A stretch of DNA of 64,000 nt from Candidatus Bathyarchaeota archaeon (lineage in GTDB: Archaea > Thermoproteota > Bathyarchaeia > Bathyarchaeales > Bathycorpusculaceae). The stretch covers positions 1 through 64,000 of the forward strand of contig CAVTBV010000005.1 of assembly GCA_963733095.1 (NCBI GenBank), in the 5' to 3' direction. The translations under genes were made by a program, and so were the position numbers. The notes under the pieces are model-generated. The model was not told the origin of the DNA. It searched no databases and saw only the letters and a program-made list of their open reading frames with translations. Shown piece after piece: positions 50,675-61,114 of this stretch (the stretch's first letter is position 1; each line of letters starts with the position of its first letter).

Positions 50675-51586
50675 ATGGGTAAACTCGAATGCAAAGAGTT
50701 AACAAAGATCTACCACGACCACCGAAAAGCACTCGACAATGTTAGTTTTTCAGTGGAAACCACGGGCATTTTCGGGTTAATCGGCAGAAACGGCGCAGGT
50801 AAAACAACACTTATCAGGATTCTCGCCACTGAACTCGAACCAACCTCTGGAACCGCAAGTATCAACAACCTCGACATACTTACAGGCACTAACAAGCTAA
50901 GGGAAAAAATCGCAATTGTTCCCCAAGAAGCCCGAACCATAAGGTGGATGACACCAAAACAAACAGTGAGTTCGTACCTTCTCTGGCGTGGCTACCCCTA
51001 TAAACACGCAAACCAGCTTGCAATGGAATCGCTTAAAACACTCCAAATCGACCAATACGCGAACGTTTTGAACACACGTCTATCTGGAGGAACAAAACGA
51101 AAAGTCCTCATCGCCACCGTAACAGCCTCAGATGCCGACATCATTTTTCTCGATGAACCCACAACGGGCTTGGACCCAATCTCAAGAAAAGAACTTTGGG
51201 AAATCCTCAAAGAACTTGGAAAAGACCGTTTCATCTTCCTTACAACCCATTACCTTGAAGAAGCAGAGCAACTTGCAGACCAAATTGGAATCTTAAAAGA
51301 AGGAAAACTTGTCTCCATCGGATCTCTCTCAGACCTAAGAAAAAGCTCAAGGTTCCAGTACAGCATAAAGCTGCCGCCGAAAACGCAGGTTCCAGAGTTA
51401 AAAGACGGAGAAGCAACAGTTGGAAGCGACGGATATGCTCAGATAATGACGAATGAAGATGAAGCATTTAGCTTAGCACGTCTGTTTTCTGAGCAGGGAA
51501 CAAAATTCTCGATTACGCCAGTTACCTTAGACGACATTTTCTTCCATCTTGTTGGAGAAAAGGCGGAGGATCAACATGAAGCGTAG
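50675..51586 (+). CDS. ABC ATPase (DrrA-like)
   Basis: GRNGAGKT, LSGG, DEPTTGLD. Confidence 0.95.
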   Translation: MGKLECKELTKIYHDHRKALDNVSFSVETTGIFGLIGRNGAGKTTLIRILATELEPTSGTASINNLDILTGTNKLREKIAIVPQEARTIRWMTPKQTVSSYLLWRGYPYKHANQLAMESLKTLQIDQYANVLNTRLSGGTKRKVLIATVTASDADIIFLDEPTTGLDPISRKELWEILKELGKDRFIFLTTHYLEEAEQLADQIGILKEGKLVSIGSLSDLRKSSRFQYSIKLPPKTQVPELKDGEATVGSDGYAQIMTNEDEAFSLARLFSEQGTKFSITPVTLDDIFFHLVGEKAEDQHEA

Positions 51587-52319
51587 TAAGCTGAGCCAAA
51601 TCCTCGCAGGAGTACTCGTTAACGCTATCTACGAAATGAAAAATTACCCTGTAGTTCTAATTAGTTCGGTGATTGCGCCGCTTTCTCTGTTGTTTGTAAT
51701 AACGTTTGTTAGCAGTGGTGCACTTTTGGGTGCGGCAATCGAAGGCGGATTAATTATGGTTTTCTTTTCAAGCGGCATAGCTCTCCAATCTGACCTCGCT
51801 CACCTAAAGAATGACTTTAAACTTCAAGATATGATTGTGAGTTCGCCCACTAGCGCACGTATGTACATGAACGGAATGGCTCTTGCAGAAATCGTGTACT
51901 CTCTTCCTGCAATAGTTATTCTTGTTGTGCTCGCCGGAATTTTTCTTCACCCAAATCTTCTGCAAATCACAATTTTATCTTTGGTTCTCTTGTTAATGTT
52001 CGCAGTTTCGGTAGCTTTAGGGTTTATGTTGTCTACTCTTTCAAGTGATGTTGTGCAGAGCTACGCTTTTTCAAGGTTACTCTCACTATTGTTTGCTACG
52101 TTGCCACCAGTATATTATCCTATAAGCTATGTGCCATCGCCCTTCAATTATTTAGCTTACCTCTCGCCGACAACTTATGCGGCAGAAATTATGCATTCAG
52201 CAACAGGCTACTTAAACCTCTCAACAAACATGCTGATCCTTGATTGGGGAGTCCTGTTGGCAGTATGCGCCGTAATTATGTTTATCGCCGTAAAGAAAAA
52301 CCGGTGGAGAGAAAATTAA
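51576..52319 (+). CDS. ABC-2 permease
   Basis: About six TM helices, PVYYP, SPTTY. Confidence 0.9.
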   Translation: MKRSKLSQILAGVLVNAIYEMKNYPVVLISSVIAPLSLLFVITFVSSGALLGAAIEGGLIMVFFSSGIALQSDLAHLKNDFKLQDMIVSSPTSARMYMNGMALAEIVYSLPAIVILVVLAGIFLHPNLLQITILSLVLLLMFAVSVALGFMLSTLSSDVVQSYAFSRLLSLLFATLPPVYYPISYVPSPFNYLAYLSPTTYAAEIMHSATGYLNLSTNMLILDWGVLLAVCAVIMFIAVKKNRWREN

Positions 52320-52368
52320 CCGGCAACTAAAAAACGTTGCAAAAGCCGTGTTAGAATAAAAAGCAAGG

Positions 52369-52608
52369 CTATGCTTTGCTTGCTTTTTTAAAGACTTGTG
52401 CAATTAAATGGTCTGTTATGAGTTCAGCGTCTGCTTTAGAAGCTTTGACATCTTTAGCTTTCTTCTGATGTTTCTCAGCATGAGCTTCAATAGCTTCACT
52501 CATAACTTTAACGTCGGGAACCAACAGAATCTCAAACCCACAGGAACACCTAATCGTGGTCAAACCTGCCTTGCTACCGACAACTTTCTTAGACTCATTA
52601 ATAGACAT
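52369..52608 (-). CDS. Small metal-binding hypothetical protein
   Basis: IRCSCG...H...H. Confidence 0.8.
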   Translation of the reverse strand: MSINESKKVVGSKAGLTTIRCSCGFEILLVPDVKVMSEAIEAHAEKHQKKAKDVKASKADAELITDHLIAQVFKKASKA

Positions 52609-52748
52609 AGTCTCAACCTTTCCGTTTCAAACCATAATGCAAGGTTAGCTTTAAAGGCTTATTTCTAAATTCAACTATTTCATGTTCGGAAGGGGATTAA
52701 AAAATAATGGAACAAGAGAAAACAACAACTAATTTCAAGATGGCAAAC

Positions 52749-53000
52749 CTAATACTTTTTTCCTAAACTAAGCTTCTTCTGAATTTCACCTGCATCCACT
52801 TGACTGTCAGCAAGAATATTAATCCATAACTCAAACTCAACTTTTGAAATTTCCTTTTGGATAACTCCCTGTTGGTCGCCCGAAAAAAATCTTGCTGGTT
52901 CATAGGCAAACAGTTTCACGTAGAATATTCTGTCGGCGATGACTATCTTGGAAGAACAGTTGACTTGTTCGCCAGCAGGGTAATCGATTTCATAGCCCAT
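52749..53000 (-). CDS. Hypothetical protein
   Basis: 83 aa ORF. Confidence 0.75.
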   Translation of the reverse strand: MGYEIDYPAGEQVNCSSKIVIADRIFYVKLFAYEPARFFSGDQQGVIQKEISKVEFELWINILADSQVDAGEIQKKLSLGKKY

Positions 53001-53075
53001 TAAAGTGTAACCTTCTATGAATGCGTTGATTAATGTTTACTTAAATTTTCTGATTGAAAACAAGAATTATCAAAA

Positions 53076-54791
53076 CTAAAGGGCAATCACTTCTTCGGTT
53101 GTATCCGCTGTTTCTTTGCCGCTGCTTGATTTTCTGCGCTTATAAAACAAAAATCCTGAAGCTAAAACAATCGTTACTATAGCGGCGACTGCGGCAACCG
53201 TAATTATCGGAAAAGGAGAAACGTTGAAGTAAATTGTTGTTTGGGCTGAATTGCCAACTTCGTCGGTTGTGTAAATTGTTAAACGGTGCGAGCCATTAGA
53301 CAACGCTGGCAGAGTGACGTTTCCATTAATTTTTACGTTCTCTTGCCCATCTAAGCTGTAAGCTAGATATGTGACTGCTTCGTTAATTGTAAACGTTAAT
53401 TGAACATTGGTGGTATCGTAGGTTTTGTTTTGAGGAATCATTACTTCAATTTTTGGGGGAAGTGTATCTACAGAGAAATATGCTTTGTTTGAAGAACCCA
53501 TATTGCCGAGGCTGTCATTCGCGTAGATTGTTACGCTGTGGGACCCCTGTGAAAGACCGGAAAGCTCTGTTTCTCCCTTTATGGTCACGTTTGCTTTGTT
53601 ATCTAAACTATAACCCATCCATTGAGTACCCCTATTAACCGTAAACCCCAACGTTACATTAGAATAAGTCCTGTTTTCAGGGGACGTAATCTCGACTTTT
53701 GGCGCTACGGTCCCATACCCAACTGGCGTAAACCGTTCATTTACACCAAGCCAATTTTGCCCGTCAAAACCGCCGATTGCATAAAGCACATCGTTCACAA
53801 CCGCTACTCCCAAGTAGGCACGTGGGGTGGGCATGGGGTCAACAATGCTCCAAGAATTATTCACAGGATTGTACATTTGAGTTTTAGCAGTGAATTCGCC
53901 ATCGGAGTAGCCGCCTATGCAATAGATTCTTTGGGGCGCCATTACGCCTTCAGTTGCGCCTGCTGCCCCGTAACTGTCTACGGCGGGTAATTTTGCAGTA
54001 GAGCTCCAGCTGTCATTTTGAGGGTCATATACCTGGTCTGCCGCGCTGATGAGAGTTTTTTCCAGTGACAATGACTCAAGTGACCCGCCCATAACGTAGA
54101 TTTTGCCATTGACTACGGCTGAAGCGTAACCCTGAACTGGAGTGGGAATCACGGTTTTTGTGCTCCAAGTGTCGTTGGTTGGGTCGTAAACTTCGTTTAT
54201 GTTAGTTTCGTTGAAGAAGGGAGCTGTGTTTGAATATCTTTTTCCTCCGATTAGATAGATTTTATCGTTAACTACGCTTGCACTCAAATCCGCTCTAGGC
54301 GTAGGCATGGATGCTTTTGTTTCCCACATGTTAGTTGCTGGATCATAGACTTCGTTGTTTCCAACATACCCGTTACCAACCGTTCCGCCTATAACGTAAA
54401 TTTTGTTCTGGTAAACGGCTATGGCAGAACCGCTTCGGGACGTAGGCATCGGCATCACACTTGTCCATTCGTTTGTCAAAGGATTAAACTCTTCATTTGT
54501 GCCAACGGGAAAGTTGTTTCCGTTTAAGCCGCCGATGGCGTAGATCTTTCCATCCACCACCGCTAACCCAAATCCTCCGCGCGGGGTAGGCATAGGCGCC
54601 AGACTGGTCCAAGAAGACCCTATGTCAGCTGCCTTTGTCGTTGGCAAATTAACGTTGAGTGCTGGAAGAAGGGTTAATGTGATAAGCAAAACTACTATGG
54701 CTTTTAAATGCTTATTTATCAACTTACCCCCAATGGCCTTACTCAATAGGTAAAATAACACTTTATACTTATATGTTGAAGGGTTAAACAT
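53076..54791 (-). CDS. Kelch-repeat surface protein with Ig-like domains and TM anchor
   Basis: Six IYxIGG...YDP...W repeats; ITSPEN/YSLD repeats; start probably later. Confidence 0.92.
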   Translation of the reverse strand: MFNPSTYKYKVLFYLLSKAIGGKLINKHLKAIVVLLITLTLLPALNVNLPTTKAADIGSSWTSLAPMPTPRGGFGLAVVDGKIYAIGGLNGNNFPVGTNEEFNPLTNEWTSVMPMPTSRSGSAIAVYQNKIYVIGGTVGNGYVGNNEVYDPATNMWETKASMPTPRADLSASVVNDKIYLIGGKRYSNTAPFFNETNINEVYDPTNDTWSTKTVIPTPVQGYASAVVNGKIYVMGGSLESLSLEKTLISAADQVYDPQNDSWSSTAKLPAVDSYGAAGATEGVMAPQRIYCIGGYSDGEFTAKTQMYNPVNNSWSIVDPMPTPRAYLGVAVVNDVLYAIGGFDGQNWLGVNERFTPVGYGTVAPKVEITSPENRTYSNVTLGFTVNRGTQWMGYSLDNKANVTIKGETELSGLSQGSHSVTIYANDSLGNMGSSNKAYFSVDTLPPKIEVMIPQNKTYDTTNVQLTFTINEAVTYLAYSLDGQENVKINGNVTLPALSNGSHRLTIYTTDEVGNSAQTTIYFNVSPFPIITVAAVAAIVTIVLASGFLFYKRRKSSSGKETADTTEEVIAL

Positions 54792-54889
54792 CGAAAAAAT
54801 GACAAAATCAGCTAAAGGAACATGGTGGACGGTTTTGTTATTGAGGCTGAGGAAAAGCTTAATGGCTCTAAAAACATATTTTTCTGCGA

Positions 54890-55348
54890 GTGAGTTCTTT
54901 GATTCGTAATGTTCTGGTTGCTGTGGATGGGTCAGAAAATTCAGATAGGGCGCTTGATTTTGCTCTTGAGTTGGCAGAAAAATTCGGTGCGGCTGTCAGG
55001 GTTTTGAATGTTAGTGAGTCGCCGGCAATGGGTGCCGTTCCTTTGGAGCCAACGACGGTTTCTGGGGACAGTATGGTTATTTTTGCTAATGATTTGCGGA
55101 AGTTTCATGAAGAAATTCTAAACAAAGCGGTCGCCCACGCAAAAACGGTTAAACCGGATGTGGCGGTTTCCTGGAAATTGAGGGATGGAGATCCGTCGTT
55201 GGAGATTGTTGCTGAGGCGAAGGGGGAGGGGTTTGATGTTGTTGTGGTTGGGCATCAGGGACAAGGAAGGGTTAAGGAGCTTTTTTTGGGGAATATTAGT
55301 GAGAAGGTGGCTCATTTGGCGCCTTGCCCCGTAGTAATTGTAAGATAA
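54890..55348 (+). CDS. Universal stress protein
   Basis: VAVDGSENS, LGNISEKV, PCPV. Confidence 0.93.
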   Translation: MSSLIRNVLVAVDGSENSDRALDFALELAEKFGAAVRVLNVSESPAMGAVPLEPTTVSGDSMVIFANDLRKFHEEILNKAVAHAKTVKPDVAVSWKLRDGDPSLEIVAEAKGEGFDVVVVGHQGQGRVKELFLGNISEKVAHLAPCPVVIVR

Positions 55349-55410
55349 TTCTGATTTTTCAGAAAAGATTAAATATTCTTACAAATATTAATTCCTCAGT
55401 GAAACACATA

Positions 55411-55677
55411 ATGTCAAAAGAACACCACAACAAAGAATGCTGCAAAATCGACGCAGTCGTCACAGTAGACGCAAAAGGACAAATCGTCCTCCCAAAAGAC
55501 CTCAGAGAAAAAGCCAAAATAAAACCCAACGACAAACTCGCAATCATCGGATTCCAACGTGAAAACGAAGTATGCTGCATCGTCATGCTAAAAGTTGACG
55601 CCCTATAATGCACAGTAAAGAACCTTCTAGGACCAGTTTTTAAGAATGTATTCCAACCAGAGGTAGAAAAACAATGA
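55411..55677 (+). CDS. AbrB-fold HgcC-like protein with in-frame TAA at 55606
   Basis: CCKIDAVVTVDAKGQIVLPKDLR...VCCI; frame continues past the stop to TGA overlapping arsM ATG. Confidence 0.75.
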
Positions 55678-56459
55678 AAGAAGAAAAAGTTCACAAAACC
55701 GTAAGAGAAAGATATGGAAAAATTGCCAAAACAAAAACAGAATCGTGCGGTTGCTGTGGTGGCAAATCAAACAGCGAAGAAATCGGCTACAGTAAAGCGG
55801 AACTCGCTTCCGTTCCAAAGGGTGCAGACCTAAACCTCGGCTGCGGAAACCCAGTAGCTCTCGCACCCCTGAAAGAAGGCGAAACCGTGATCGATTTGGG
55901 TTCAGGCGGAGGCTTAGACTGCTTTTTAGCTGCCAAAAAAGTGGGTCCGAAGGGCAAAGTAATAGGCATAGACATGACTGCGGAGATGCTGGAGAGGGCA
56001 CGTACGAACAGCAAAAAAAGTGGCTACAAGAACGTGGAGTTCCGTCTTGGAGAAATCGAAAACATGCCTGTTGCAGACAACACTGCAGACATAATCATCA
56101 GCAACTGCGTCATAAACCTCTCACCCGACAAACAACGTGTTTTCCAAGAAGCCTACCGAGTGCTAAAGCCCAAAGGAAGATTGATGATTTCCGACATGGT
56201 TCTCCTCAAAGAGTTGCCTGAAAAAGTGAAAGATAATGTTTTAGCTTATGTTGGCTGCGTTGCAGGTGCAGATATGAAAGAGGATTATCTGGGCAAGATC
56301 AAGAAGGCAGGATTTAAACAAATGAAGGTGGTTGCAGAAAATCATTTGCCTGAACTCTTCCAAGAGGAGCCTGATTTTAAAGCGTTTATTGAAGAGCAAA
56401 AGATGACCAATAAGGAAATTGCTGAGATTTCCGATTCAGTTGTCAGCATAAGGGCCTAA
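55674..56459 (+). CDS. arsM: Arsenite methyltransferase
   Basis: CGCC, LGCGNP, DLGSGGG, SNCVINL, GCVAGA. Confidence 0.92.
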   Translation: MKEEKVHKTVRERYGKIAKTKTESCGCCGGKSNSEEIGYSKAELASVPKGADLNLGCGNPVALAPLKEGETVIDLGSGGGLDCFLAAKKVGPKGKVIGIDMTAEMLERARTNSKKSGYKNVEFRLGEIENMPVADNTADIIISNCVINLSPDKQRVFQEAYRVLKPKGRLMISDMVLLKELPEKVKDNVLAYVGCVAGADMKEDYLGKIKKAGFKQMKVVAENHLPELFQEEPDFKAFIEEQKMTNKEIAEISDSVVSIRA

Positions 56460-56555
56460 CCCCTTTTTTACTTTAACGTAAACCATAATTTTCTTAGCAC
56501 CAAATAGCGCTTTAGTTATATTCTAGTTTTTAATCATGTTTTCTTGGTTGATTTT

Positions 56556-57467
56556 ATGATAACTGTTATTGGAGCTGGAAAAGTAGGCAGCGCTGCAGCT
56601 TTTGATATTTTGCGCTACAGCATAGGTGACGTTGTTTTAATAGATACTAACGAGAAAGCGGCAAAGGGCGAAGCGTTGGACATGATGCAGGCGGCACCCG
56701 CCATTGAGTTTGACGGCAAAATTCGGGGCACAAGCGACTACAGGGAAATGATGGGGTCGGAACTGGTAATAGTAACTGCCGGTTTGGGTAGACGTCCCGA
56801 CATGACACGCTTTGACCTTATGAACACCAACGCCAAAATCATAAAATCCATAGTCAAAGAAATCGTAAAGTACGCACCCAAATGCAAAATCATGATGGTA
56901 ACCAACCCCGTGGACATAATGACCTACATAGCGGCAAAAGAAACAGGGTTTCCACGTTGCTGCATGTTTGGCATGGGCAACATTTTGGATGCCATGCGTT
57001 TTAGAACATACATCGCAAACGAACTTGACGTTTCAAGGGAAGACACTCGGGCACTCGTGATTGGTGAGCACGGCGACTCGATGGTGCCTCTGATTGAATA
57101 TGCTTCAGTTGCTGGCATACCCGTAAAAAACTTGCTTACTGATGAGCAGATTGACAAGATAACGCGTTTAACTGTATCTTCAGGTGCTGACGTTATTCAA
57201 CTGAAAGGCAGCACTGTGTATGCTCCGGGAATGGTGATTGCAATTATGGCGGATGCTATTTTGACAGGAAGAAACAGGGTTATGAGCGTTTCGACCGTTC
57301 TTGAAGGCGAATATGGTACCTCCGGATTATCAATCGGGGTCCCTGTGGTCCTTGGAAAGCAAGGAGTTGAAAAAATAGTTGAATTAGAATTATCAGAGAA
57401 AACAAAAGAGCGCTTTAATAAATCAGTGGCTATTGTGAAAGAAGCAATAGCGGCTCTGAAAGATTAA
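56556..57467 (+). CDS. mdh: Malate dehydrogenase (LDH-like)
   Basis: GAGKVG, RRPDMTR, NPVD, GEHGD. Confidence 0.9.
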   Translation: MITVIGAGKVGSAAAFDILRYSIGDVVLIDTNEKAAKGEALDMMQAAPAIEFDGKIRGTSDYREMMGSELVIVTAGLGRRPDMTRFDLMNTNAKIIKSIVKEIVKYAPKCKIMMVTNPVDIMTYIAAKETGFPRCCMFGMGNILDAMRFRTYIANELDVSREDTRALVIGEHGDSMVPLIEYASVAGIPVKNLLTDEQIDKITRLTVSSGADVIQLKGSTVYAPGMVIAIMADAILTGRNRVMSVSTVLEGEYGTSGLSIGVPVVLGKQGVEKIVELELSEKTKERFNKSVAIVKEAIAALKD

Positions 57468-57490
57468 TTTTTTTAAAAAAAGAAGAAAGG

Positions 57491-57685
57491 TTAAACTGTT
57501 GTTTTGATTTTGGCGCAGTAGAAATTCCCATTCTGCCTTACGAACGCGGGGCATTTGCCGTCGTAGCAATTCTTTAGCCACTGGCAGGGTGCCCGAACAT
57601 CGTATATTCGAGGCATGTATCCATGTGCATTTATGCTTTCTTTTGGGGTTTCTCGTTTAGAAATTTGTTTTAAAACTGCTTCCAT
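57491..57685 (-). CDS. Small Cys-containing hypothetical protein
   Basis: AGGTG RBS; four Cys. Confidence 0.65.
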   Translation of the reverse strand: MEAVLKQISKRETPKESINAHGYMPRIYDVRAPCQWLKNCYDGKCPAFVRQNGNFYCAKIKTTV

Positions 57686-57878
57686 TTTTCAAAAACACCT
57701 TCAAGTTTTCGCTACTTGGATTGAAATATATTGCTCTGGTCAGGTTATTAAAAATGTGTTGCAGTCGTTGTACTACAACAAAAGCATATAAGCTCTAACA
57801 AGGCGCAAGAAAAACTCTGCCTTAAGCATACAAAGTGTTATTTAGCAGTTGGCGGCTTCTTGTTTTTGGGTACGCACT

Positions 57879-58799
57879 TTGGAGTTCAAGGGAAGAGACA
57901 TAATATCAATCGAGGATTTCTCGCAACAAGAAATTAACCATATCCTTGACGTTAGCAAAACCATGGAGCCGCTTGCTAAGACAGGCTCAGACATGTTGAA
58001 GGGTAAAATCCTCGCGACCTTGTTCTTTGAACCGAGCACGCGTACTAGGTTGAGTTTTGAAGCAGCTATGCTGAAGCTGGGTGGCTCCAACATAGGCTTT
58101 GCTGAACCAGAAATAACCTCTGTTCGTAAGGGAGAAACCCTCGCTGATACCATTCGTACGGTGGAAAATTACGTTGATGTTATTGCTCTTAGGCACAATT
58201 TGGAGGGCTCGGCAAAATTGGCGGCGGAACTATCGAAGGTTCCCATAATCAACGGCGGTACAGGTGCTCAAGAGCATCCGACGCAAGCCTTCACCGACCT
58301 CTACACGATGCGCAAGGAGAAGGGCAAGATTGACGGGTTAAAAGTGGCGTTAGTAGGCGATTTACGGTATGGACGAACAGTACACTCGCTTGCCTACGCG
58401 CTCGCGCTCTACAATGTAGAGTTGTTCCTTGTCTCACCGGAAACCCTGCGGATAAGAAAAGATGTACTGCAAACAATCAAAAACAAAATTCCAGTAACAG
58501 AAAACGCAAACCTCGAAACCATAATCCCCCAAATCGACGTCCTCTACATCACCCGTATCCAAAAAGAACGCTTCCCAGACGCATCAGAATACGCCAAAGT
58601 CAAAGGTGCCTACAAAATCGATTTAAAAACCCTCAAAGGCGCCAAGAAAGACATGATAATTCTGCATCCGCTGCCTCGCGTGGACGAAATTGCGGCGGAA
58701 GTGGATGTGACGCCGCAGGCACGGTATTTCCAACAGGTCTGGAATGGCATCGTTGTACGGATGGCCTTGCTCTCCTTAGTGCTTGGTGCGGTTAAATAA
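57879..58799 (+). CDS. pyrB: Aspartate carbamoyltransferase
   Basis: FEPSTRT, HPTQ, HPLPR. Confidence 0.97.
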   Translation: MEFKGRDIISIEDFSQQEINHILDVSKTMEPLAKTGSDMLKGKILATLFFEPSTRTRLSFEAAMLKLGGSNIGFAEPEITSVRKGETLADTIRTVENYVDVIALRHNLEGSAKLAAELSKVPIINGGTGAQEHPTQAFTDLYTMRKEKGKIDGLKVALVGDLRYGRTVHSLAYALALYNVELFLVSPETLRIRKDVLQTIKNKIPVTENANLETIIPQIDVLYITRIQKERFPDASEYAKVKGAYKIDLKTLKGAKKDMIILHPLPRVDEIAAEVDVTPQARYFQQVWNGIVVRMALLSLVLGAVK

Positions 58800-61016
58800 T
58801 CAAGTTGATGTGAACCGGTCGAAGGTTGTTAGTGTGCTCATGGAGCCGCAGCTAGGGCATTTGTGGAGGGTTCCAAACCAGTTTTGGCGGCAATTGTCGC
58901 AGAAGCTTATGAGGCGGTTGTAGGTGAAGAATTCTATAGATTGGTTCTCCATTAGGCGTAGTGTTAGGTTCATGAGGGTTTCGGGTTTGTATTCGGCACT
59001 TTCCAATTCGATTATGCCAAGGTTTCCGCCAGCGTTCAACCCCTTCCACCTCAAAGCGGTCTCAAGCATCTCAGTTTGAATGCTGAGGAGTCCCGCATCT
59101 TTAACTCGGAACCGTCTAGCAGTTGAATAGAACGGTTTATCCCTAGTTCCCGAAAACTTTACTTTAGCAACACCGTACCTTTCAATGTCCAGTTGCGCAA
59201 GCCGTTCGGAAGCTTCAGCACTGCCGAGGATGATTGGGTATAGGCGTTTGCCGTATCTTCTGCCAATTTTCTGTTTAAAAGCCAAAAGGTTCTCGATTGT
59301 TTCTTCAGCCATTTTTCGGCTTTCCTCTGAGTTGATGCTTTTTTCGGTGAAGGCTTCTATGGCTTCGCGGAACCCCGCCAAGTTGATAATACGCGAGCAG
59401 TTTTCAAGCCGAAAGTATGTGTCACGATCAGCCTTTTGAAGCAGAAATGGCAGAGAATTCTTTCCAAACTGCTTGAGCGCACTGTTCTTTATACCTAACG
59501 CTCGGGCTGCGAGTTCTAAGCGTTCGCGCATTAAATCGATAAACTTGTTTTTGTCCTTCTCACATTCCAATACAATTCTGGGCAAGTTGAGGGTTACGCA
59601 TCCCAAAGAACCCGTACGCAACGTATCGGTTTCCCAGTCGCCTGTTAAATCCACTGAGAATTTTACTCCTGAAGACGAAAAAGCAGCATTTTCATTTTCT
59701 TTTTTTGTCATGTTGGCGAAGTATGTTATTCCACTTTTCGATGCCAACTGGTGGGCTTTAAGCAGAACAGCCTTTGCGTTCTCTTCTGCTAAGGCTTCAC
59801 TGTTGATTTTAATAACCAATTTTGGACTAAGCAGCGGTTTGCATGTGCTTTCTTCAGCAAAAACATCTATGATAAGTGAAGCTATTAGCTGGCTTTCCTG
59901 GGTATAGTCGCCGTAAATGCCCTTTGTTTTGCCTTTTGGTCCGATGGCGTCTTTTTCTGCGGTTAACTTCGGAATAGAAAGGTCAAGCCCCAATGTGGCT
60001 TCAGCGTGCTGGTTGAGGTTTTGTATGAATAACCGTAGGTTTTCTTTAATTTTTGCAACTTCGTTGCCTCTGACGTAGGGTGCGAGGAAGACGTTGAAGT
60101 AGTTATAGGTTTGTGTGCGGTTGGTTTCTTTGCTGGCGTGCAAGAGTACGTTGAAGGCGGTGGATAGGGCAGATTTGAGGTCGCTGGGTGCTTCCATCGC
60201 AGTTTGGAGTGGATTGTCGAGTTTTACGCCGTGTTGAAAGAAGTATCGTAGATCGTGGATGACTTCGTTGGGTTTCAGGATCCATGTGCCTAAGCTGTCA
60301 ATGTGGATCGCACCTGATAGGTGGGCGTCGGCTATGTCTCGTGGGAAAATGTTAAGCAAAGTGTATTCACCAAGGACTACTTGGCCTGCCTTGCTAATCG
60401 TGGCTTCGCAGTCTTGCGACGAGTCCTTGGTTTCGACAAGAGCGGCTACCTCATGGATTGGCATACCTACGCGTGTGAGTTTATTACGGTAATCTTCATA
60501 ACCCTTCTCCACAAGAATGCCGTTTACAACTTCCCTGATTAAAGAAGCCGTAAGATACTTTGGTTTAGATTTGACAAGACGCTTCTCAGCTTCTTTAGCT
60601 GCCTTCTGCGCCAGCTCAGCCGGCACCTTTGCCTCTCTGATTAGCGAGTTGGCAATTTTGTTAACATCAAATTCCTCCACCGTCAAATGCGAGGTGCGAA
60701 CCAGCATACCCCGCGGCTTAACCGCCTTCTTTTCAACGCGGTCAGCTACGTCAAGAACCATCTTGCCAAGATCGGTAAGAAAATATTTTTTTGCTTCAAC
60801 GTCCGCCTCAACCAAATCCGCCTTCAAGAGGAATTTTAGGTGGTAAGCGAATCTGCCTGCATCTCGGCTGGGATTCATTTTAAGTTGGTTCATCAGTTCA
60901 CTGTAGGAGAGGGCGCTTTTGTCGAAGAGTAAATTGAGAATTTGCAGCCTAAGCGGTGACGAAACGGCTTTTAAAACTTTGACGCCGCGTGCACGAAGCG
61001 GAGGCTGATTAACCAT
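58800..61016 (-). CDS. ArsR-type wHTH + ATP-cone + degenerate class III RNR fusion
   Basis: N-terminal wHTH, ATP cone, AHLSGAIHI, TLNLPR, Zn ribbon; catalytic Cys and glycyl-radical motif absent. Confidence 0.88.
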   Translation of the reverse strand: MVNQPPLRARGVKVLKAVSSPLRLQILNLLFDKSALSYSELMNQLKMNPSRDAGRFAYHLKFLLKADLVEADVEAKKYFLTDLGKMVLDVADRVEKKAVKPRGMLVRTSHLTVEEFDVNKIANSLIREAKVPAELAQKAAKEAEKRLVKSKPKYLTASLIREVVNGILVEKGYEDYRNKLTRVGMPIHEVAALVETKDSSQDCEATISKAGQVVLGEYTLLNIFPRDIADAHLSGAIHIDSLGTWILKPNEVIHDLRYFFQHGVKLDNPLQTAMEAPSDLKSALSTAFNVLLHASKETNRTQTYNYFNVFLAPYVRGNEVAKIKENLRLFIQNLNQHAEATLGLDLSIPKLTAEKDAIGPKGKTKGIYGDYTQESQLIASLIIDVFAEESTCKPLLSPKLVIKINSEALAEENAKAVLLKAHQLASKSGITYFANMTKKENENAAFSSSGVKFSVDLTGDWETDTLRTGSLGCVTLNLPRIVLECEKDKNKFIDLMRERLELAARALGIKNSALKQFGKNSLPFLLQKADRDTYFRLENCSRIINLAGFREAIEAFTEKSINSEESRKMAEETIENLLAFKQKIGRRYGKRLYPIILGSAEASERLAQLDIERYGVAKVKFSGTRDKPFYSTARRFRVKDAGLLSIQTEMLETALRWKGLNAGGNLGIIELESAEYKPETLMNLTLRLMENQSIEFFTYNRLISFCDNCRQNWFGTLHKCPSCGSMSTLTTFDRFTST

Positions 61017-61114
61017 ACACTTTTCTCTCCCGAAACCCCAAACTTGATGGTGCTCTACATATTATTCGAGATATCGTTTAAACTTAACTAAAAAAGTTCC
61101 CTACTATGTCTTGC

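Noticed and set aside
55606-55608. Stop-codon recoding (Sec/Pyl)
   Set aside because: The codon is TAA, which terminates many genes here
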